From Amoebidium appalachense (taxonomy: Eukaryota > Protista > Ichthyosporea), in assembly GCA_963693365.1 (NCBI GenBank), contig CAVNZM010000001.1, forward strand, positions 2,620,907 to 2,684,906: a DNA stretch of 64,000 bases, given 5' to 3'. Every line of letters begins with the position of its first letter. Within the stretch, counting starts at the first letter, position 1. The notes below the pieces were generated by a model. It searched no databases. It was not told where the DNA came from and saw only the letters and a program-made list of their open reading frames with translations. Shown piece after piece: positions 53,687 through 64,000 of this stretch. The translations under genes and the position numbers were made by a program.

Positions 53687-55748
53687 CTATCTACACCTTG
53701 AATGACAGGATGCAGCAGGCGAGCAGTAGCAGCAGTGTGTAAGCAATCAGAAGACCCAGGGCAGGCCCCATGACCACTCGGGGCACCATGATGGGCACAC
53801 TGGTCGTGAGGGATGTCGACTCCTCTCCGTCCCCTCCCAAAGCCGTCACACTCACCCCGCTCACTTGCACCTCTACTGGCGTGGTGAGAACCATCGCAAT
53901 TAAAAGTACTACTTGCACACCAACAAAAATGGCAAGCGGCACGAGGAGCGTGGTGTCTGTAAGCCGCCATGGAATCCACTTACGGATGCGTTTCCCACTG
54001 AAGCACGCGAAAATGCGAATAATTTTGACTAGGAGACTAGCGAGAACCACACCCATCCCTTGGAAGAACACCCACGCCGCCGCCGTATACCGTGCGGAGC
54101 TAGGTGGCCCGGCCAGAAGAGGAATGGAGAGGAGGGCAAGGGCACAGCCCAAGGCCATCACACAGCAATAGAAGGGACTGGCACTACGCATGACCTTGTA
54201 GTTGCGCAAAACAAGGACTAGAATGGCAACAAAACTACTGTACGCAATCCCAATCGCGCCAAAAATGGTAACAGCAACACCTGCTGTGGACGTCCAGGCG
54301 ACGTGTTCGCACTTAACGGTGGAAGGCGGCGGAAGGAAGTCGCTGGTTTCCGGATTCACGCGGCACGACGGCACGTGTTCGCCGGTGCTCATGTTGTACT
54401 CGCGCCAATCATAGCTCACCGTGATGATGTTGGTGGTGGGATCACACTCGGATATGGTAGGGGCCAGGTGGCGGCGGTATGTGCACGTGGGTAGAAACAC
54501 GTGATCCATCACGCGACATGCTGCATGTGTGGCCTCGATTAAGGTCGCGTTTTTGGCAATTAAGGCCGCCATCATATGACGCAACGGCTTGGCCTCGGTA
54601 AAGTCAGAAATCATTGGTGGGGCACCGAACGGATTGCCCAATGAAACACCGTGAGGGTACTCCGTTGCTATTCTCTGGAATCTGGCTGTGCCCGTTTGGT
54701 TCATCCATTTGTGCATGTGGGTGCCTGCAAACGTAAAAGGCGGCACCATCCCCATTGCGTTGTTCATCGATGCGAAAAACCTGAGAGAAGTGGTCGTGAG
54801 GTCAAAAAGCAGTTGCCACGATCCCATGAAATTCCGATTGCGCGATGTGATTGAAATTCCGTATCCGAAGAGGGTAGAGGTCGCGTTGGGGGGAACACCG
54901 AGCCTGATATCCGGGTCAGTGGGGGGCGGCTCGTCCGATTGGGTGAGGGAAAGTGGAGGCACCGGGCGGGCTGGATCGTAAAAAACGAATGGTGGGCTGG
55001 GTGGAAGTGGAATTTCGGGCCAGGATTCTGCCCATCTGATGAAATTCGGGTCATTCGTGGGGAGGAATGTGCGGTCTAGGAGGTTTTCGTTGATCAGCGG
55101 CATTATTGATTGGTTGAGGGCTGATAGGAAGCGGGGGGACTGCAGGTTGCATATGTAGTCACTGGGGCTGTCACTGATGGACCTGCATGGGGGTGGGTGT
55201 AAGTGCATGTGCGTGCAAACGGGGGGAAGGGGGGGAGGGGAGGGAGAGGGGGGGGAAAGAGGAGAAAGGGGGAGGAGGGCTTATGTAGAAGAGTTGAGCC
55301 TGGCACCCAGAATGTGAGGGGATTGGGTGCAGGCGAGAAGAGGTGAGGGGGGAGGGAGAGAGGAGGCGGGGAGGGGGCGGACGGAGGTGGGTGGGTGGGG
55401 AAAGGGGCTGCAGGGGTGGAGGTGGGGAGGGTTTACGGGGGTGGTGGGAAGATGTGGGGGGTGGAGGGGGCCGAGGGGGAAGGGGGGAAGGGGGGGGGGG
55501 GGGGGGGGGGGGGGAGGGGAGGGGGGACTGTGTGCTATTAATGGCGCCCACATGTGGCTGGTGTGTCTGTGCCTGAGTGCTCTCCTTTGCCTGACGCTCA
55601 GAGTGCGCCTGCACGTGCGCAAAGGCCCATTGTGCATAGGGATGTGTTCGTACAGTAGTACTATAGTGTTGCTGTTGGGAAGAGGGGCAGGCGGAGGTGG
55701 GGAGGTGGTGAGGGGGAAAATTTGAAGGTGGAAGGGGGGAAGGGGCGC

Positions 55749-55779
<31 letters not shown>

Positions 55780-57948
55780 AGGGGGTAGGGAGAGAGAGGG
55801 TGTGGCTACGGTTAAGGGAGATAGGAGTGAGGGCGGTTACTTGAAATGAGGTAAGCGAAAATGTAATGAAGGGAGAGTTGCCCAGGGGCCACAGGAGGAA
55901 GCAAAAGAAGAGGTGGGAGAGGGGCAGGGGAGCAAGTTAAGGGGAGTGCAAGTGTTTCAGCCTGTCGTTTTGTGATTCTGTGGGTGTAAAATACAACAAA
56001 AGGGAAAAAGAAAGGGGGGGGTAAAAAAAGGCAAAAAAAAAAAAAAAAAAACCCACCACACACATACCTCAGGAACATGTCACCCTGGATGGTGTTGATC
56101 AGACCCAGCTCCTCATCATACCCGGTGGCAAACCCCACCGAGGGCTTGCTGGTGTTCTTGCTGATGGCCCGGGCTGCATTGACAAAGTCCTCCCACAGCC
56201 AGCGGTTGTAGATGCCGTCGGTGCTCCCATTGGTAAGCGCCTTCCAGTACAGGCCTGGTGGGGTGAAGTTGTGTGAGTGTCTCGTCCTTTATCAGATAAT
56301 GCTTTTTCCTTTCTTTCTTTTTTTTTTTTGGGGGGGGGGGGGGGAGGGGGGGGAGGGGGGGGGAGAGGGGGGGGGGGGGGGGGGAGGATAAGGGTGCGTT
56401 GTGTGTTCATGCATGTTAAATGGGTTGTGTAGGGGGGTTTTTTGGTACCGAGGGGGGAGAGGGGGTTGGGAGGTTGGGGTTACAGAGTTTGTGTGTGTGT
56501 GTTTATGTGTGTGTGTGTGGGGGGGGGGGGGGGGGGGGGGCTGACCTGAAAGCTTAAAAAGAACGGCAATTTGACAAATATCTTTTGGGATTGGCGGGGC
56601 ATGAGAGGAAAGGGTATGGACCGAAAGTTGTGTGGAATGGGTGCCCATTTGTCTATCTTTTGATTTCTAGGAGTCATTCCTCGGACGATCCGTCCGACAA
56701 AAGAGGGGAAGAGGAAGGGAGAAGGGAGGGTGGGGTGGGGGGGGGGGGGGAGGAGGGGAAGGGGGGGGGGGGGGGGGGGGGGGGAGAGGGCGAGGTTTTG
56801 TGAAATGAGTAAAAAGATAGAACAGTGGCTGTCAGGGGTAGAAGCAGAACAGTGTTTTTTTTCCTTTTTCTTTTTCTTTTCTTTTTTTTTTTTTTTGTTG
56901 GGGGGGGGGGAGGGGGGGGGCATACCATATTCCCTTTCATCTAAAATCATTGGTGGAGGGTCAACACCTGCGGCTTCGAATGCGCTTTTACTGTACTGGG
57001 TCAGCTGGGTGCCCATCATGAAGGGGATAGCAGCCCAATCATCCATGGCAATGCGGAAATAGGGCACAAGGGGTGGGTGCACCATGTCGAACATTAGTGG
57101 CCGAATCATGGCCGTTGTGCTTCTATCACGCTGCCGATAGTGCATGACGCGTATTTGCGGATTCATGTCGGCCAGAAGTCCCTTTCGGCGCAGGAGACGC
57201 ACGTCTGTATGCCGCATTATGACAAGGTCTGGATATTCGTAGGGGTCAATCTCTACTTTTTGTTCGTTTTCTACTTGTGTTGTGTTTGTCGCTTTGATGA
57301 ACCGCTCCATTCCCACCCACCCGACAATGTAGAGGTCGATAATCACGTGGTTTCCCGTGAGACTAGCACTGTGGCGGGAACACATCTCGTACTGTGCAAA
57401 TCCATCATGAGTAAATGCAGAGAAAATTTCGTGAGAGAGTTGAGAGAAGGGGATTGTTGACGTGAAAGGAGAAGGAAAAGGCTCTGAGAAGGAAGGAAAG
57501 GGCAGGGAAGTAGTGTGTGTGTGTGTGCCAGTGTGTGTGCCTTGGGTATGGGTGTTGAGGGGCAGGGGGGAGGGGGGGGGAAGGGGGAGCCTGGGAATTG
57601 GGCGGGGTACGGAAGGGCCGGGGGGGGGGGGGGGGGGGGGGAAGGGGGGGGGGGGGGGGGGGGGAGGGATAATATAAGATTCTAAAAACGCAGCCCTATT
57701 AGGCCTCGCTCGACATTATTTTAGGACTCAGGAGACAAAAATCAATACACACACGATTGCATATTAGCACCATCGCACAAAAAGAAGAACTTGGCACACA
57801 CACACACACAATGCCGTGCAACACACACAAGTTACCCACACACACGCGCGCGCACACACGCACACGTGCTGCCGCTGGGCACACACACATGTGCACACAC
57901 ATATGCACACGGACACGCACATGCACACACACACGTGTGCGCGCGCGT

Positions 57949-58036
<88 letters not shown>

Positions 58037-58651
58037 TGCACGCATGCACACACACGCACACACACACACACATACACACACACACAACGCAAGCAAGGAA
58101 CGGAAACTGAAATTTCCAACCGTGATGCAATTATAATGCGAAGCTTTTAGGCATACAATTACATGTAGGTTGCCACATACCTGAAAGGCTTTCAGCATTT
58201 CCTTTGTGAACTCTGCAGCCCTAGGCTTGCTAAAAGGACTCCACACAACCACACGCTCCACGTCAGCCTCCGTCACATTTGTGTCGTTACGGTACATGTA
58301 CGCCTCAGCAACACGAAACCGATATGCACCCGGTGCCTGGTTTGGGTGACTTAGGTTGAAGCCAAGCTGCATGCCGTTCTTATCATATGCAGCCACTATC
58401 GGGTATTGGGCGGTAGCTGAGTCCGTTATCTCGCAGCCATAGGGCTCGCTGGCAAGACGGCGTCGCTGGTCGTGGAGGCTATCACCGGGTGTAAAAGGTG
58501 AATTCCTTTCTGCTGTTGCCATCATGTTGTCCCAAACTGGGTGGTCCACAAAGCCCCCTCCACACACAGGAGGGGCAAGGGTGGTAAGGAGCAAAATGGT
58601 GTATGTTTGGACGGCAACCTGCCGTAGCAGACCGTGGGATTTGGAAGCCAT
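51924..58651 (-). CDS. Class C (GABA-B-like, 7tm_3) GPCR with an N-terminal bacterial sugar-binding-protein-like ectodomain, 5 exons, ~1143 aa
   Basis: Exons 58651-58181, 57391-56926, 56254-56068, 55182-53697 and 52745-51924, phase-consistent (0, 1, 2, 0). Signal-peptide-like N-terminus. SBP-like motifs YSKSAFEAAGVDPPP and WLWEDFVNAARAI. 7TM motifs KVMRSASPFYC, LLVKIIRIFACF, VPSEYQEGKF and FLLPK. C-terminal coiled coil LQQRVAELSRENEQLKAEL. Confidence 0.88.
53117..53210 (-). mobile_element. (C)n-tailed family, diverged 3' fragment in GPCR intron 4
   Basis: TACGAAGTACAC...AAAGAGTATGCATAA..AGCAGAGCCCATCC next to a G-run. Confidence 0.75.
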
Positions 58652-60878
58652 TATTATATACTGTTCGGCGATCCAAAATATACTCGCTGGGGCAACTCTG
58701 TTGTCATGTAAACTTTTGACGGTGCGAGGTTTCAAGTCAAAGTTTAGGGTACAAACACGGTGTTCAAATGCAGTAGATGTACAGTACCCACTAACGCTAA
58801 GATGTTAATAGGCTGCTGTTCAATATTATCAACTAAACCTTCGATGATGATGCGCTGTATGTTTTTGTGGTGGGCTGAGTTGGCAGTTACTGTTGTAAGA
58901 TCATCATAGCATTGGAAGCTTAATTCGAAAAACGGGAGGAGCTGACGGCTGCTTTACTACCTCACTGAAATTTATGAGCTGTAGGCATGGCAGTGCAAGT
59001 TGTTAGCTCAACAATGTAAATGAACATGTAGTGTAACACAGCCTCTTCACGGGCACGGATCACATGGCAGTACTATTTTTAGTCAAGCAACCATGCATAT
59101 CACTATGTGATGGGATCCGAAAGTCATAATAATGCATATCCGTGATGCCAGGGAAAAGAGTGATTCAAATTTGAAGTTCTCGAAGCTCGGTACCCCTTCT
59201 TGTAGGCCTGGAGCCGTCGATATCCGGTCACGTCAAAGCCCATGTTCGGAGTCGTAGAACTTCCTTTTTTCATTGGCTTTGGCCGCATCTGGCTTGGGCG
59301 TTGAATTTTGAAGCCACTGCTACCTACCCGGAGCCTCGGAGAAAGTCCCGTGTACCGTAGATAGAATCACAGCAATACGGCTTGGCATGCATATGCATAA
59401 AACTGGGTTACGAATAAATACAACTGGCACGAACAGCTTGTATGTGGAAGCAAGACGTTTACATGTACAGCTCCAATGCGTCGTAGGTATATGCGTATGA
59501 TGATAGGTGGCCATGCAGAAGTATTTACAAATACGCGTGCACCCTACAGTACTGTACACATGCACGTGAGGATGAACAGGAGCTACACATCGGTCAGTAT
59601 GTGCCAACAGTGAACTATCCATATGCAGCGCTATGTGTGCAATGTGGCCCATGTGACCTGCAGGCTAGAAAACTATAGGGATTCCACAAATATTAGAACG
59701 ACTATCACATAACTTGTAGCCTACACGCTCTGATAACCATGCATGGTACATACATACGTATACATGATCCAGGTGGGATACATTTGTTTGCAGTTGCGTA
59801 ATCGCCGAATCGGAGTGTTGAATACGGTGCGTGCCGAGCCAATTAGAACGGTTCACGATTTGGAACCAAAATATTCAAAACCTCAGTTACCTCACACAAA
59901 CCGCACTTGCACGTGCACGTGTGAGTGAGAACGCATCAAACCGCATCATAAAGGAAGAGGGATGACCAAATTACCGTACCCCTGTATCCATGCCTTTGAA
60001 CTATTGTATATGCGCATATATGTTCATCAAGAGTAGCTCTCGAGATAGGGGTTAGGATCCATTGATCACATTACCAATCATGCCGGAGTTCTAACCTATA
60101 GTTACCTTAATTGTAGCTATAGGGCTCTACAGCTTTTTCTAAACCTATGCTAGGTAAGCCGGCCCTATGTAGCCGGCCCTGATCAGGCTCTACAAGTATC
60201 ATGTTACGTAGGGGGGAAGGGGCGGCAGGCTCGGCCTTCTTCCACATAATAGTTCTGGTCACAGTACAAGCCTGTGTACTGTAACAACGTCTTGCACCAA
60301 AGTGAATGCAAGTATGTACAAGCCTCACGTGCCGACATATGTATGTTGTAGGGTTGCCAATGGAGCGGTTAGCTTAAGGGTTCGGCTGAGTCCAGCTGCT
60401 GAGTCCTTGGTGCCCCGTTGTACACAGTTAGTGTGCAGCGTGCATGTTTCAAGCCCCTGCCGTATTCATTCCATATGTAGAGTGACCGTGGCACGATGGT
60501 CATGAACTCGTTAACTGCATCGCACAGGCTGTGCTTGCAGGTCACGACCTCTGTGGCAGTTCAGCTGCAGCTGCGGAACATCGGGCCGGTGATGCTCTGA
60601 TCAGGGTGATTCTTTGCATCCGGTGGCAGTACTACTAGTCACGTTAGTTCATTGCATGGGCTTTCAAGTGTTGACGCATTTTGCCGAGGCAAGTCCCACC
60701 AGCCAGGCAAACTATCGTAGGGAACTGGTACATATTTGACTCTGCAGCGGAGATACAACCTGAACAGACACAAGAGCTGCTTATACAAAAACCCCTTGGA
60801 GTTTTGTCTCCTGGCCAAGATGGAGATCGAGACATCACAAGTCTTATATAGCTAATTCAGTCCTGTGGGGGTGCATAT

Positions 60879-61210
60879 TGATGGTGGTGTATAAAGAAGA
60901 GAGAAGCCCCCCCCCCCCCCCCCCCTTCAACCCCTTCTTTCAGCACCACATCGCACAGACAGCATAAGAAGTTGCATTAAGGGGCCCTTAAGCTAATTGA
61001 ACCCTGAGGGATGTTGATGGTGAAAGAGAGCGAAAACTAGCGCCCCTCCCCCCCCCCCCCCCCCCCCCCCTCCCCTTTTCAGCACAACACACACAGACAC
61101 ACCCCTTCTTGTTCCCCTCCCCCCTAATAAAAAAAAGAGAAAACTAGCCCCTTCCTCCCACCTCTCCTACTTTCAGCAGAACATACACAGAAACACACCC
61201 TTCCTTGTTT
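60879..61210. repeat. Three degenerate direct repeats
   Basis: The blocks (TTGATGGTG)..AAAACTAGC..C-run..TTTCAGCA..CACAGA recur three times. Confidence 0.6.
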
Positions 61211-61952
61211 CCCACCTCCTTCCGACCCGCACTCCACCATACAGGCGATGTTCGGCATCAATAGGTGGTGTTTGATGAACAAGCGACATATTCTTAAGCA
61301 TTTATTTCACGCCAAAGCCCAGCCTGATGCTGGTGGCTGAGGTCAAATATGAAATATGACCCTTGGATTTGTATCCTCATATTAGCAAAGCCTGGGGAGG
61401 GAGAATTCAAAAGGACGCTACGAGTAGGGGCACAGCAAACTTCGTCACGTCTTTCATAATATACCAAAAAATTCGAAACAATCAAAAGAAACCACTTTAG
61501 TCAAACACGAGCTGGTGTGGTTCACGCTCGGAACGACCGTTGGCCACCCTGCAAAGCAAACTTTGTGACTCAAGGGAACTTTCGGAATTTCGTTTTATGT
61601 ACTTTGGAATTCGCGAGGGCCTGGAGGATTTAGAGTAAAACGGAGTATTCGAGAGTATTCGGGAGTAAGACGGACAAATGTGCAATCATTACAACGGCGA
61701 GAAACGTTGATGAAAGCTAACCCAATCACATGCATCAACTGTTTAAATGTTTTTAAAGTTATGACATGTGAGCTATTATAACTTTTAAATCTGAACTCTC
61801 TGGTGTTGATAAATTTTGTGTGCTAAAGGATCACGCCTTGTTATTGCCATCAACCTTATTCGTGGTATCCAGGCCTCAAAACCAAAGTGCATTTTTTCGC
61901 AGCGCCAGTTTTTTTGTCACCAGTTTGCCATCCCGTGAAAACTGTGTTGTAG

Positions 61953-62417
<465 letters not shown>

Positions 62418-63345
62418 ACGCTGCTTATAAGGCACGTTAAAAATCTTTTGTAAATGCGAATCCAAGTAAACCATACACCTGAAAGTGAAATATGAGACCT
62501 TTTAGTCTTTTGAAACCTTTAGGTCGACGGTTGTATCTATCGTAGGCAGGCATGACCAGCAAGCAATACATGTGCTCCAACCATGTCTGGTCTCGTGCAA
62601 TTAGGATAACCTTGCGCTGTCTGAAATTTATAGTTTGTTGGTCGTTTCTTGAAAGTAATTTAATATTTGAAGGTGAAAGGTCGTTCCTGTGAGTTGAATA
62701 AACTGTCACAGCCTTTTTCTGAAGACGTACGTGTGTGAGGAGAGGCTTCTGATTTTTTGAGAATGGTTGACCTGACTTGTTGCCTGCCTTCCCGTCTGTC
62801 TCCCTCGAGACTACCCCTTTTCTTCCAAACGTGCAACCTCTCTTACACACTTATGCAAACCCCCCCCCCCCCCCCCCCCCCGCCCCCTCGTTGTTGAAGT
62901 TTCATACTTCAGTGCTCGTTTGCATGTGTCCTGCACCGTGTTTCCCACTGTAGTTGTATCTCGTACGTTTTTCACATGATAACGCCCGGCCCCTTTCCCC
63001 CCCCTCTTTGTAAACTCCGGTGAGAATGGGCCGTTCTTGTGTCAAGCTGTTTTCTAACCGTGCTCTCCAAATAAGAACTCTTTCGCACGAAGTATGTTCG
63101 CCTCCACCCTTTATTCCCTTCCCCCTTAAACACAACCTGTACTTAAGGCGAAAGAATTATAACGGTTTGTTCTCTTGTTCCCCCCCCCCCCCCCCCCATT
63201 TCCCTTATCTCCCATGTTAAACTGACACACAGACGTACATGTTAGCTGTTTTGTCCTTCATATTTGATCACCCCCCCAGTCCTCAGCCTATGCAGTTGAA
63301 CATACCATGTGCACAAATATGCAGGCACCTTTCTGTGCTCTAAGC

Positions 63346-63377
<32 letters not shown>

Positions 63378-64000
63378 CCTTCCCCCAGGAGGGCTTCCCC
63401 GTTGCCCCCCGTTGTAAGTATGCACGGCCGTGCCCAATCCGGTAACCTGGTGCAGGGGCCCAATTCTCCACCTCCATACGTCTACAACCCCTAGAAATTT
63501 GCTCCCCCCAACCCTAAACCCGCTCCTCCTCCTCCTCCTCCTCCTCCTTTTCCTTTCTTCAAAACAGGTTGACTCACCTACAACTGTTGAAACGATAGGA
63601 TGCGTTGTACTGTAGACGGCACACGAGAAGTTAGGAGTCGATACACAATCTTTTGTGAAGGCATAGGAACCCCCTTCATGCTGAGCTTTGTTCCAGTGCT
63701 ATGCTGCCTACATACTATTTTGGTTTTGTGCTCTCTGTTTATGTTTTTTGTGCTCTTAACTGCCGGTTTTTTCAATGTTTGCCACCTAGCAACACATACA
63801 TCAGTTACCCGGGAAAGCTTTTATGCAGGGGGGAAAAAGAAGAGGTTTTTTTAAAAAGATGTGCTCAATTGAAATTTATTCTTGCTCTGCTTCAGACTAA
63901 GAACCCTCCATCCATTAAAGAATTATGTGTGTAAATTTCGCGGCAGAACGTTATATTGAAGTTTTTTGCGTCATAAATACAGCGTCGGATATTACTCAAT

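Overview
Eukaryotic genomic DNA with spliceosomal introns, saturated with (CA)n, (GA)n and (C)n/(G)n tracts. Most ORFs in the supplied track are microsatellite artefacts. The gene content suggests a unicellular opisthokont or other protist (weak inference). Seven genes could be reconstructed by hand with phase-consistent splice sites: a probably secreted Cys-repeat protein (+), a GT32 DXD glycosyltransferase (-), a CBM21/RVxF PP1 glycogen-targeting subunit (-), a 12-exon DnaJ-X (Caj1/Djp1-like) chaperone (-), an endosulfine (+), a class C 7TM receptor with a bacterial-type sugar-binding ectodomain (-), and an intronless calmodulin (+). Mobile DNA includes two 5'-truncated non-LTR copies with TSDs, several MITE-like elements and a hAT-like end. 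The most interesting signal is a dispersed family of about 16 5'-truncated fragments, most ending in ...TCAAA(C)n or a variant, which chain into each other's C-tails. The longest copies carry a covarying RNA structure (kink-turn plus two pseudoknot helices) that brings together all hammerhead core nucleotides in a non-canonical strand order. One copy's 3' terminus is reiterated about 9 times. All folding and alignment was done by eye and needs computational and experimental confirmation.
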